Assembly: GCF_018977255.1 (NCBI RefSeq)
Contig: NW_024704742.1
Location: 39,682,001 to 39,746,000, forward strand
DNA length: 64,000 nt
Reading direction: 5' to 3'
Source of the DNA: Callorhinchus milii
Lineage: Eukaryota
Shown here: positions 51,494 through 64,000 of the stretch, piece by piece
How positions within the stretch are numbered: the first letter of the stretch is position 1
Layout: each line of letters opens with the position of its first letter
Notes under the pieces: model-generated
What the model was told of the DNA's origin: nothing
The model's database searches: none
The model's input: the letters and a program-made list of their open reading frames with translations, nothing else
Program-made: the position numbers and the translations under genes

Positions 51494-51800
51494 GGGAGGC
51501 TGTAGCATAGTTAGCACTCACCTCGCAAGCGAAAGAACCCGGATTCGATTCCCGGCCAGGCAAAATCTTGGGCAAGTTTCCTTACTCCACACGCCTGATT
51601 GCCTAGCAGTAAGTAGGAAGTCAGTTGTTAGTCGATTGGCGGTTTGCTTTCTGGTGGCAATAATCCCTCCAAAAAAAAATGTGGTCACTAATTCCACTAT
51701 TGTTTGTGGGACACTGCTGTACCCAATGGGCTTCCGCTTTTTGCGAACAAAATACACAATCTACTTTACAATAAATCCCATGAAGTGCTTTGAGATGGCT
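51494..51800 (+). mobile_element. SINE (long form)
   Basis: GCTGTAGCATAGTTAGCACTCACCTCGCAAGCG...GATTCGATTCCCGG...CCTAGCAGTAAGTAGG. Confidence 0.82.
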
Positions 51801-51824
51801 CAACTGCTGTCATCTCCCCCTGCA

Positions 51825-52262
51825 AATAAGACAAGGCTCTCCTGCTTGGCTCCCATCAATGCCTTCTCACCGCCGACATTGTTGCATCCACATGGATACT
51901 CATTCTTACCTGATGGAGATGTTGCCAAACCTCAGTGTCCTGTTCGACCCCCTCTCCCCCAGCTGTCATTCAAACCTTACATCTGCACATGCTCGCACTT
52001 GCCCTGCCTTCCCTCATCTCCGGAACATTGCCTGACTCTCCTAGTGCCTCCACCCACAAACTGTCGATAGCCTCATCAATGCCTTCATTGCCTCCAGGTT
52101 TGATCACCACAACACACTGCTTGCTGGACACCAAGCTCATCCCTACACAAGTGGTAGACCATTCAGAACTCTGGAGCCCATGTCCTCTCCTGCTCCAGAC
52201 TATTATTCCAATCATCATTTAGCTCAACTGCTCCACCAAATTCAAGATTCTTGTTCCCCCTT
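51825..52262 (+). mobile_element. decayed L2 internal fragment
   Basis: NLSVLFDP...FPHLRNIA, TTCAGAACTCTG, TTCAAGATTCTTG blocks. Confidence 0.7.
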
Positions 52263-52569
52263 TCAAATGTCTCCACTAGGGGAAGGGAATGGATCTTGTG
52301 CTATGTGAAAGGGGTGACTAAGCCCCCAGGAAGGTCTCTCACTCTGTTTCTGTCTCTCCCTGTCTGTTTGGTTCAATCTCTCTCTCTCCCTCCCTCGTTC
52401 TCTCTCTCACTCTGGGGCTCCAAGAAGGAAGCCCTGACCAGGAGAGCCAGTTGAACAAAGAAGCCTGAGGCTTTGGATAGATAACTGGCCAGGTGGTTGC
52501 GGACAACACAGCGTATTGAGCAAGAGGAATTGTGAAAGCATATAAGAGGGAATAAAGGAACTCAACTGC

Positions 52570-52915
52570 AAACAGCAACAACAACTTGCAGTTATTTAGC
52601 AGGGTAGTGTCTCAGAGCCTGATGCCGAGCCGGGGGAAGAGAGGAGGTGACCATAAGCATGGTCGAAGAGGAAGGTCTTTAGTCGTGATCTAAAAGAGGG
52701 GAAGAAAGGGGAAGAGTGCAGAGATTGGGCAAGAGAGTTCCAAAGCTTTGGGGGGTAGTGGCTGAAAGAACGGCCGCTGATGGTGGAGTGGAGGGACGAG
52801 GGACAAGCAGGAGGCCAGAGCCAGCCGAGCGGAAGCAGCGGGTAGTGGAGTGGAGAGAAAGCAGGTCAGAAAGGTAGGGAGGTGCCAGGGAACTGAAGGC
52901 ATTTATAGATGAGTG
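52570..52915 (-). mobile_element. L2 LINE 3' fragment
   Basis: LAPPYLSDLL...RSAGSGLLLVPR on the minus strand; caacaacaac tail. Confidence 0.85.
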
Positions 52916-55514
52916 AGAGGGCAAACCCAGATACCTGCACCTCTCTGGGACTGTATAGTGATAGAGAGTGTTGAGGTTGCTGAGGTTTTCCTCCCTGTGC
53001 CAATTAAGCTGTGCCTGCATCAGTATCTACCTGGCTTGGGTGCTCCAAGGAGTACAATATATATGTGGCCATCAACAAACTTCTCTATGGGCAAAGAATA
53101 AATAATTTGGAGCAACCTACTGTATATAATTATAATTGAGAATTGAGCAACATCATTGCATTGATGGGCCAAATAGTCTCCTTTTCTGCCACAATTTCTA
53201 ACATTTTATTTAATATCGTGAAAGTTTAGATTTTATGTCTTTTTTTGAAAAACAATTTTCACAACAGTTTCACTTCAGGCTTTAATTGTGAAATGGGTCT
53301 GTTTTTGGTCTTTAGCATTCAATCCAGCTCTCAGAGTCAGCTTTGCTTTGCAATTATGCTGTACAATGAAGCTTAGTGATGTGTATTATTGATTTTTGCT
53401 TTCTTTCATTTGTGTAGTCATTAATTCAGATGATTAATATTTTATAAGATGAAAAACAAATTCCAAAAACAACAATGATGAAAGGGATGTTCATTAATCA
53501 CAAGATTGTTCATTTGTAAATGATGTTTCAGAATGGTATTAATGGTATTAAACTTGTTTATTTTTCTTTAACATCAAAATCTATGCATTCCTTTGAACTG
53601 CACGCCTTGGTGATTTATTTTGAAGGCCACAGTTAGTGCTTTCCTACACTCTTCAATGAGCATTGACAACATTTCTTAACAAGTAGAGAAGTACTTTGGA
53701 AGTAAATGTATTAAGAGATATGTAGAAGAGATGGGTAAATGGATTAAAAGACTTACATTAATCTAATAAAATGAGGGAACAGTTCGACTGATTCAATGGT
53801 TTACTCCTGTTCCTTTATTCTAAACACGTGAGCATCATGCTAGCAAAGTGATAAAATCAAGCATGATTTTAGTTAATAATACGTTTAAAATGGCACTGCT
53901 AAATGGATTGCATTTTTTTTCTCAGACGGACATAATAACTTCCGTCTGTGCTATCAGTAAACAACTCCATGCCTACATTAATTGGAGAATTTCTTCTTGC
54001 AATCAATTGCATTTATTAAAATTCCAATAATCTGCCCAGTATACTGGCATTCAGTCATCTTTCTCAGTCACGAGTGGCAAAGTGGAGAGCGCAATGTTTA
54101 TGCTACTGAGATAAGAACCACTTTGTATATTAAAAAAAAGTATTGTTTTAAACATATATATTTTTACTAAAGATGGAGGAGCAAACAACACATGATTAAT
54201 AGAATAAATTCTAAGCACAATTCTTATCAAACTTTGGAACAAGAGAGGTACTGTAATAGTAATGGACAACAATGACTTGGATTTATACCTCCTTTTATGG
54301 AGGACAAATATCTCAAAGCATTTCACAAAGATGATGGAAATGGTCAAGAGGTGTGTGCAAATATTGAGTATATGCAGAACCCATTCTCTTCTATGGAAGT
54401 AGTAATGAAAGCACCATCATCGAGATTAAACCTCCAGATCACTTGTAAAAAGGAATTTGTGAAGTTGGGATATAAACAGTGAGTAGGGCAGTGGGCTCAC
54501 AGGAGAAATTGGTGCTCAGGCACATTGGTAGCTATCTAGCATTTCCCCCCTCCCACCTTCTGAACAATGATTTGACCCAAAGATTACCCAACAAAGACCG
54601 ACTTGATATATATCACCTGCATTTATATTGCAGCAGAGAAAGATGCTTCACCAGTGGAAACAAAGCCTCAAGATAGTTTCAACAGATAGACTCGAGCGGA
54701 TTCACTTCACTGCAGTGGTACCCAAACCTGCTTCATACTTTGTTTTTAGTGGCAATTCAGCATTATGTTCAAATCAATATAAAAAAATACACATGTAGAA
54801 AAATTGTGAAGTCAGTATAAAAATTTGGCTGTTGATACTTTAAAAATGAATTGTTGCATTGAAATTGCTCTCATAAGTTGTTCAAACATTGGGGTTCATG
54901 TACAGTTGGTTGAGGGATGGGGCAGATATTAATGATTCTTGGATGGGACCTTTCATTTGTAATAATTTTCATACTATGTAAAGAAATGCTATTGTTGTCC
55001 TCATAAGAAAGAACTCTGTGAGGAAACATGTTCTGGTCTTATTGGGATTTCTGTTATTTATTCATTTCGACCAGGGTGATCTAATGGTGGCCGGTGGACC
55101 GATTTCATCCCCCAACTCCCCCATTTCATCCAGCCCATCTGCTCCCTCCATAACCTGTAAATGTTATGATATATTTCTGGAAGGAATATATTGCTTATGC
55201 AGGTACCATTAGTCAAATAAGGCATCTAGCCCTCAGCAGCCAAAAGGTTGGACCAGCCTGATTTTGACACCTCGATATTTGATCTGTGCATTAAAAGAGA
55301 CTATTATAATTTTGACTCAAAGACAGCTCATGATTTTCTTTTTGCATTTTTTCTTGTTTACAACATTTCTCAGATAAAACGCAAACTTGACTCTTAAATT
55401 ATCACACTGGGCAATGGAATGAAACATTGAAGGTTAATTAACTTTGATATAATTCAAATTTGTCCTTGGTGATTGCAGCAGCGTCTTCTGCACGTTTAAA
55501 TAATCATTGGGTGT

Positions 55515-56555
55515 AAGCTTGGCTCAGTAGCACTCATGCCTCTGACTCAAACAGATGTGGGTTCAAGTTCCATTTCAGGACTTTAAGCTTGCAATATACG
55601 CTGACGCTCCAATAGAGTGCTGAGAGTGTGCTGCATTGTTGGAGGTGTTGTACTTCAGATGAGATGTTAAACTAAGGTCCTGTCTGCCTGATCAGGTGCA
55701 TATTAAAGATGGCACAGCACAATACAAAAGGAAAAATGAGTTTTTTGACGTCCTGGCCAACAATCCCACAGATACAAAATTCGATCATTGGATATCATGT
55801 TCAACAACAACAACTTGCATTTATATAGCACCCCTCATATAGGGTAATGTCCCAAAGTGCTTGACAGTGGAGGAGTACAACGCTGAGTTGTGGCAGAGGG
55901 GGGAGGTGACCATAGGCATGGTGGAAGAGGAAGGTCTTCAGGCTTGACCTGAAGATGGGGAAGAAGGGGGCAAGGCAGGGGATAGGGAAAGAGTGTTCCA
56001 GAGTTTTGAGGCATAGTGACTCAAAGAGCGGCCACCAATGGTGGAAAAGAGGGCACGAAGGACATTCAGGAGGCTGGAGCCAGATGAGCAGAGGCAGCAG
56101 GTAGTTAGTGGGTTGTGAAGTAAGCAAGTTGAAGAGTACAGAGATGGTAGAGAACGAAAGGATTTGAAGACAAGTGTGAGGATCTTAAAATAGATCCGTA
56201 CGTGATTACAGCATTTAGTTTGGGTGAGTATGCAGGCGACAAAGTTTTGGGTTAGCTGGATTTTGTGGATAGTGGAGCTGGGGAGACCAGTGAGGAGGGC
56301 ATTTGTGTAGTTGAGGCAGGAGGTGACGAACGCATTGACGAGTGTTTCGGCTGCGTTTGGGGTAAGGTATGGTCGGAGGCAGGCAATGTTACAGGAAACC
56401 AGGAGGAAAATAATCCTGATCCCAGCCCAGATATGGTGTAGGATGTTCATTTACAAAATACACAACCACTACATTTTACAGTAAAATCCTTTGAAACACT
56501 AAGATGTCCACCTGACATGAAAGGCTCTATATTAAATGCAAAGATTATTATTATA
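55515..56555. mobile_element. Deu-SINE (plus; about 55515-55790 and 56450-56555) interrupted by L2 (minus; 55802-56400)
   Basis: GCTTGGCTCAGTAGCACTC...GGTTCAAG...CAGATGAGATGTTAAACTAAGGTCC. L2 ORF NIACLRPYLTPNAAETLVNAFVTSCLNY. Confidence 0.8.
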
Positions 56556-56870
56556 ATCATTTAAAAAGGTACAAATACTCAGTTTAAATTGAAGAATCTT
56601 TTCAAATAAACAAAATAATATGTCTTTCAATGGGGGGATTAAAAATTGCTTCTTGGTAAAACAGTGGTGTAAATGGATTCTTGCATCAAGCAAAAAAATC
56701 TCGAGATGGAAAGAGCATCTCCTGCAGGAAATTCGCTTGCACCTCACTGGCTGTGAGAGATCTGTGGGAGATTCTCGTCTAGCTGGTAAGAGCCTTAATT
56801 GTGTTATGTTTCTATTTTAGAAATGTAAATAATGTCTTCATCATTCCCTCCTGTCATTCCTATTTTTCAG

Positions 56871-56952
56871 TGATCTTTTCACAATGGACGCTGATAATAG
56901 GTGGAAGTCAGCACAAGGAGTGCAAGTTGCTGTAATTAACCTTGAAGTTCAG
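56871..56952 (+). other. candidate orphan spliced exon (82 nt)
   Basis: Strong polypyrimidine acceptor TCATTCCCTCCTGTCATTCCTATTTTTCAG, donor CAG/GTAACA, and one open frame DLFTMDADNRWKSAQGVQVAVINLEVQ. No protein recognised. Confidence 0.3.
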
Positions 56953-58605
56953 GTAACATACATGAAGCTCTCTAGTGTCCTCTCATGGTTTTCTTTGTTA
57001 TCCAAGCCCTAGGATTAAATGACTTGTGCCTTAATTACTCTATGCCGACACATTGTTGGGTAAAATTCCACCAGGTTCTATATTTATTCTATTAAGATGA
57101 CACTTCAAAGTGTACAGAATTTGGTAAATAGTTGTATTTCTGTTCAGTCCATTTTCTGCAGTTCGTATACAAATTCCAGAACGGATTCAAAATTAAAGAC
57201 TGTATTTAAGAATTTGACAAATTCTGAACTGTCTGAAATGTTACGTTAATAGTGTAAATATAAATCCAGAATTTCTCCCCATGAGTATCTATTTTCATGA
57301 TGGTAACAGTAAGAGTGCTCATGTAATAATTTTTTTGCAGATGGTTTATTAAAGTAAAGATGTGTGCATTTTGAAAACTCCAACCTCGTTCAGTACTTCA
57401 AGGGTTAATTTGAAGAAACCAGTTTATCAGCAGAAGGGTGAGAGTATATTTGCCCTTAAGCCTAGCATTGACTTTGAAGCAACAATTCTAGAGGTATTCA
57501 TCTGTATTGTTATTGATACCCCCAGTGTAATTGATTACTGCACACTGCCATATATCCTATTAGATTTTGGGTGTCTTAAGGGATCAACTTTCAAAGCAAT
57601 AAAGTGTCATGCTGTAGCCCCAAGTGGTTGTCTAATAACCTAGGCTGTTGATAGTTGCCTAAATATTGCAAAACATAGCAATGATCATTTCAACAACATA
57701 TTTAATGCACATAATCCATTATATTAATTGAAACATCATTATTAGTCCCCATATTTCACTGCTTCCGAACGAGTAGTGTAAACTCTACCAGTGCCTAGTT
57801 GCATTATAACTGCCAGTAGACAAGCCTATTCTTCATAATATAATAGATTACTCTTTGGTTCCAGTCACACTTGTTTATACCATTTGTCAAATGATTGCAT
57901 TGCAGCTTTTTTACATCAATAAAGACCTGTAGAACAGCTATTATTGCCTGTTCACTTTTCTTACTGAAGTCTGATATGAGGAGATTCATAATTGGAGGGC
58001 CTAGAGTTGCAAATAGTGACTCTTACTGGTAAGTGGAAGGGCATTGGGCTAAGCTGCAGAAACGCTCGGAATTAGATCACAGTGTCTCTTAGATCAACCT
58101 GATACAATTCAGGTTACCGGCAAAACCTATTTGCAACTCAGAATCTAAATAGCAATTACAAAATACTCCCCTTTATCCTCCGTTGCCTGTTGGAGATAAT
58201 TCCTTGAACAACTCCAGACTAGAGTGGGGAAAAATCATCCAGGGTTCCCATGCCTGCTTTTCCCTATCCAATAATCACTGCTGGTAGATGTTTAGTGTGT
58301 GGACATGTGGAGTGAGGACAGTATAGGGCTGGACTGTGATACGCCACAGAGTTAAAACGTTTTCTGGAAAGTTAGTGAGGTTTGTTTTACACACCCACCA
58401 CTAACTGCAAGTTAATTTGCACAAATGGAAAGATGTTAAAAATATAAGCAGATGAACGGATAACACTTAAATTCTTGTTATCTTCAGCAATGGATGTGCT
58501 GCAAAAAATATGATGTAATGATCTAAAGTGATTTCCTAATGAGCTGATTTGGTTTCTAAAGATAACAACCAGGCTGATGTAGTTTTGCAGAATGTATTTT
58601 GAGAT

Positions 58606-59730
58606 TCAACATAACAAGAGGAACAGCTTGAAGTTATATAGTGCCTTCATGTGGGGTAGCATTTCAGAGTGCTTAACTGTTATGGAGTTTAACTCCGAGC
58701 TGGGGAGAGAGGAGGTGACCGTAGGCATAATGAAAAGGAAGGTTTTAAAGTGTGATTTGAAGATGGACAAGGAGAGGGCAAGGCTGAGCGTCTGAGAAAA
58801 AGAGTTCCAGAATTTTGGGGTGTAGCGGTTGAAAGCATGGGCGCTGGTGGTGGAGCGGAGGGAATGAGGGATATGCAGGAGGCCAGAATTAGGTGAGCAA
58901 AGAGGGCGGGTAGTAAGCAGATCGGAGAAGTAAGGAGGTGCGAGGACATCAAATAATTTGTACATAAGCGTGAGGATCTTCAAGTTGATCAGTTCTCCAT
59001 TAGGGAACCAATGGCCACTGGTAAGGATCGGGATAATGAGGTCAGAGTTTGGTGCGGGTGAGGATACGGGTGGCAAAGTTTTTAATTAATTGGATTTTAT
59101 GAATGATGGGTCTGGGGAGACCAGTGAGGATAGCTTTGGAATAATTGAGGCAGGAGTTGACAAATGTGTGACAAATGTATGGGTTTCGGCTGCATTGGGT
59201 GTGAGGTACGGTCGGATGCAGGTAAAGTGGCAGAGGTGAGGAAAGGTTGTGCACAGTTTGGTGAGTCTGAGGGATATGCCGGGAGGTTAAAGAGGTCAGA
59301 ACTGCAGGTGAGAAGATGTTTGTGGGAGCCAAGGAGTATGGCTTCCATCTTGTCAACAGTGGGGGCAAAAAGTTGGTGTTCACCCAGGCATTGATGTCAG
59401 ACAAGAAAGAGGACAGAACATTGATGTACCTGACCAAGGAAAAGTAGATTTGGGTGCCGTCCACATACATGTGGAAGTTGACCCCAGGTCTGTGGATAAC
59501 ATCACTGAAAGGAAGCATGTAACTGAGTAAAAAAGGACCAAGGATGGAGACAAGGGGGGGGAGGGGGGGTGCAGGAGGAGAAACCATTAGAGGAACAAAA
59601 TTGTGGAAATGGTCTAAGTAGAACCTGAACCAGGAGAATCCCACTGAGGTGGATGAGGGAGACGAGGTGGTCAAGGATAGCATGGTCGACTGTGTCAAAG
59701 GCAGTGGCACAGGTCACCGAAGGAGCAGAT
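58606..59730 (-). mobile_element. L2 LINE, about 1.1 kb, decayed
   Basis: AFDTVDH, SILGPFLL, GVNFHMYVDGTQIY, FKSHFKTFLF in shifting frames. Confidence 0.9.
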
Positions 59731-62719
59731 TCACTATAAATACCCTGTTTCTATTAAATGATGTAGCTGCAGCACAAATGCATTTATTGTTTGACCTTGT
59801 AGTCTACTCAAGTGTGCACTAAATCATCTATACGCTTGGGAAATGGTATGGATCTGAGTTGAGGCTTCCAAGAAGGTGAGTGCCCTAAATTACATGGTTA
59901 AAGTGTGATCTGCACTGTGATGTGTAGTGTTGTGATGGACCTTTCACAAAGATCAGCCTGTTGATGGCACACTATAAACATTAAAAAGCTGGTTTAGTGA
60001 CTGACTGGAAACGAAAATTCATTGCAAGGTTACAAAAAGGCAACAATTCAATTCTGAATTGACTGGAGGCACAAGACAAAGACATTCTTCAAAAGTTGAG
60101 AGGTACAAGACAGAAATTAAATCTCACTGAGATTATCACATAACAGATATCCTTCCTATACATTTTGCTTTCTTTCAGCTCTAGCCCCCCTGACACTACC
60201 CCATGCAAAGGGCTCAAATTAAATGCAAGTTGTTATTTTTTCTGAATACCTTTTCACAGAATGCGCTCCTTCACATTTCTCTAAATTCAAGTGACCTTCA
60301 ACTGCTTGACTTATGTATTATATTTTGTTCTATTATATTTTCATAAGATTTCTCTTTGGCCTTTAAGTTAGTTTTGTCAATAGTTTGAAATGTTGATCTT
60401 GTTATTTCTTTCAATTCTTTGGGAATGTTTTTTTNCTTATTGCCTTCCTTAAAATAATTTTGTTTTTTCTGTTTTATTCCTAGTTCCGTTTCTCACTCCC
60501 TAAATTTCTACCAAACCTCAATGCCCTGGAAATTCATTGAATTTGGGAACAGATGATTGATTGTAAGTTCAAATCTTGTGGCACAAAATGCCACATCATC
60601 TCAGCCTGCAGACCATTTTTGTCTTAAAATTGATGATCACAGAATTGTGAAATATTCCTTCAATTCAGTCTTTATTTGGAAGGTGTTATTTTGCAGTTCC
60701 TAAAAATAAATTGTCTTTCAGATTGAGACTAAATTGAAACAGTTTCCACAAATCTGTGTAATACTAAATTGCAAGGCAAAATGGCTAAGATAAGGTAGAA
60801 TTTCAGGCCACTAGATAGTCCATTCAAACCTTTTGTGATCAAATGATCACCATATATAAAAAAAGGTTCTTCTTAGAGGCAGAGCAATGGAGCTGGGCAG
60901 ATCTTTAGTAATCCAAGGCAGATTTGGAAATGTAGTTGTACCCTTCACACTGTATGTGTATTACCCGTGGATTGGGTGGACCTTATTGGCCAAATGCCAA
61001 ACTGCTTTTTTATCATGTATTATTCCAAAATTTCAATTCCAAAGCCTGCAGTATTAGCTTTGGTCTCAGCCTTTAATGCAATATCAAATCTAACTGGATT
61101 ACTGGAGATCTGTGTTCACCCACTTTCAGATTACTAAATCAGTTCCGTGGACTGCTGAATATTAAATCAAACATAGTATCTACTCCAGTGCTCTTCTCAT
61201 CCTGTATTTTAGCATCTACAGAACAAAGCGAGAATCTGGGTTTTTCCCTGATCTCTAGTAAAAAAAACATCGGGTACAAGCCACTTTGCAAAACATGATT
61301 AGCAAGATATCTCCACTGGCATCTTTCTGAATATAATTATTTGTGAAAAAAAAAGCTGGATTCTCCATTTCTCTGAAAGTAATATGTTTTGGAGAATATT
61401 ACATAGATGTACAGAATTATATGACACTGATTCAGGCCATTTATTCCAACTAGCCCACGCTGGTGTTTATACCCCACATGTATGCCCCACCCCTCCTCAG
61501 TCCCCTTTATTTATAGCACCTTCATGTGTGCGTCAAGTTTCCTTTTAAATACGTAGACGTATTTGTATTTAAATACATAGTGTATTTGTAGACAAACATG
61601 GCAGTTCATTCGTCTTACAAACATTCCGCAAATTAGCTGCCACGTTGGCCATTCCACCAGGAGAAACTCCCTTCTCTTTTTGAATAACGCCTTGAGATCT
61701 TTGTCATTCACCTGAACTGGCAGATAGACCTTGAGAGTGAAATGTTTTGAAGGTTATTAAAAGACTGCCATTGTTCCAAAGTCTTCAATTTAATATTTTC
61801 GCTGAGTCGTTTTTCATTATTATTCATTTTCCATTATACGTCCATTATTAGATCCCCTACTAAAATACACAGTTGGTTACTTTACAGTGAATCCCGTGAA
61901 ACGCTTTGAGAAATCCTCCTGACATGAAAGCCATTATATCATTTTGCAAAAACATCAAATGATTATTAAATTCTTTGATTCAAAGTTTCCCCCGGTTGAA
62001 CACAAAGTCGACAAAAGCTATTGGAACTCTATTTAATTGGATTTGGTTCCTGTCCATCCTTCTGACTGCTTCCTCCCTCTTTCTTTACATCAGTGACATA
62101 CTCAAAGAAACTCCTTTATACAGCAATATTTTTAGCTTCATTATAGCCTCACCATCAAAGAGATCTAAGGACCATTATCTTTGTTCATTTATCTTCCATC
62201 TATTATAATGGGACATCCTCCCGACGTGACAGGTGCTCTATAAATGTAATTTTGTTGTTGTGTTATTGTTTAACACAGCTGCAGCATGAGAAGCTAGATG
62301 TGCCCCTTTGAATCATTTTTTGAGCAGCGATATCAATGGATCTTCATCACCAATGTCTTGAAACCAACCTAATCCTGTTTCTGTTTCTAACTCACAAACC
62401 AATGCTACAATCTGCGAGTCGAAAATCCAATAAGTAGCATGGCCTGCTTCTGTGACACCCACTCTGAGTGAGTGTATGGTAGGTGGGAGGTCTGCCTCCC
62501 ACACTCTCGCAGACCAGTCAGTGTGATAATTAATGTTTGGCTGCTTTTTTTTCAACCATGTCTTAATGGGAACCATAAATATTATTAACACATCACTATT
62601 TTCACTCTTATTTGTGCAATTGGCTTAAGATACAAACCACATAAGAGCAACAGAAAAGCCAGACAGGTTTCACACGTCACCACTGAGATCTTAAATTTGT
62701 CTACTAAAGAAGGGAATAT

Positions 62720-63752
62720 GGTAATACAATACAGTATTTGCATTTGATATAACATAATTATCATATTGAAACGTTTCCAAGCACTTGAAGTAGAGTTACT
62801 TTGCATGACTGTTGTCATTCAGGAAAATCCAGTAGCTACTTTATATTAAAAACATCGAACAAGTGCAATGACCAATTATTCTTTTTTGGTAATTTTAGAT
62901 GAAGAAATTTTGATCATATCAAAACAATAAATAAATAATCCTTGATTAGGTATTTCGGGAGAATGAATCAAATCACTTCAGAGGATTGATGATAGAGTGG
63001 AGTGACTTGTGTTTTAGTGGGCAATGATAGAACATCCTGATCTTTTAAATAATAATAATTAATAATTAAAATGATGGTAGAAGATCTTGAATCAGCAGAC
63101 CTCAGTTTAATACTTCATCCAAAAACATCACTGCCATAAAATGCCGATGTAACTTTTCCTCAATACTGCATTAGAGTGGTAATCTAGACTTTGTACTCAA
63201 AAGATGAAGTGGGTTTTGAACAACAACAACAACAAAATTACATTTATAGAGCGCCTTTCATGTCGGGAGGACATCCCAAAGCGCCGAAAAGTCAGGTGTC
63301 GGGGCCCGAGTATGAGGGAGGGGTGGTGTAGGGGTGAGGGAAGGCAGAGAGGTGGGAGGGAGACCAAAGGCACGGTCGAAGAGAAGGGTCTTGAAACCAG
63401 TCTTGAAGGAGGCAAGGGAGGAAGCGAGGCGAAGGGACCGTGAGATGGAGTTCCAGAGTGTGAGGGCAGAGAGGCTGAAAGCCCGGCCACCAATGGTAGC
63501 GCGGGTCGGGTGGGAGACATGGAGCAGGCCGGAGCTTGATGAACAGAGGGAGCAGTCAGATTGATAGGGAGTCAGCAGGTCAGAGAGGTAGGAGGGGGCA
63601 AGGCCATGGATGGCCTTAAAGGTGAGGACAAGGATCTTGAACTCGATCCTCTGGGGGATAGGGAGCCAGTGGAGTCGGGTGAGCATGGGAGTGATGGGGT
63701 CGCAGAGTCTGGTGTTGTTCTAGAGCCAAGAGTGCTATCAACTGAGCTAATA
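62720..63752 (-). mobile_element. Deu-SINE (minus) with an L2 3' fragment (63219-63714, minus) inserted in its tRNA head
   Basis: L2 [18 protein letters not shown]...FKTGFKTLLFDRAF. The SINE head resumes at AGAGTGCTATCAACTGAGC (about 63730-63750). Confidence 0.82.
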
Positions 63753-64000
63753 CAGCATTGTTCTTGATATCTAAAGCATGCCTCTTCTGAGGGCTACAAT
63801 TCCAGGTGGCATCAACTGGACTGACTGGTTTTGCACTATTAGAATGGAAGAATTCCCAGTTCAGGCCACTATTGACAGTGTTGTTACGTGGAACACTGAA
63901 TTCTAATCCTTAGGATATTCAATCTTCTCTCCCCCTCCCAACCCCCATCCAAAAAAAAGAGACTTGACAAATCTCTTTAATCGATGTCTTTTTAAAATGA

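Noticed and set aside
51309..52070. 253-aa ORF
   Set aside because: It runs through unique DNA, a SINE and a decayed L2, with no coherent protein; chance read-through.
59690..59730. Two L2 copies (7839 and about 59730) truncate near the same AFDTVDH motif
   Set aside because: Only two cases with non-identical breakpoints; insufficient to claim a truncation hotspot.
1..64000. CRISPR arrays, operons, rRNA or prokaryotic defence systems
   Set aside because: No regularly spaced direct repeats, gene-dense blocks or rRNA signatures; the sequence is vertebrate-type repeat-rich DNA.

Overview
AT-rich eukaryotic (vertebrate-type) genomic DNA, most consistent with an intron or intergenic region of a cartilaginous fish. 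This taxonomic call is inferred from the repeat content (CR1 and L2 LINEs plus tRNA/Deu-type SINEs with L2-like tails), recalled from memory and not database-checked. I could not recognise any host protein-coding gene. The recognisable long ORFs are LINE reverse-transcriptase remnants, and many short ORFs are SINE read-throughs. Contents: 5'-truncated L2 copies (best 7839-9142, with YADD), CR1 fragments (best 15422-17410), two SINE types, a Gypsy pol fossil, a tRNA-Ala-like pseudogene, two repeat families I cannot name, and several nested insertions. The most notable structures are: (1) a 144-bp inverted duplication ending exactly at an L2 5' junction and supplying an in-frame ATG for a 387-aa chimeric RT ORF; (2) an L2/SINE shared 3' stem-loop with a conserved stem but alternative 5-nt loops (CTCCC, TAGAA, TCAAA); (3) a fold-back duplication inside that stem-loop in one L2 copy. 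A few orphan exon-like and enhancer-like segments are flagged at low confidence. Repeat boundaries are approximate, read by eye.
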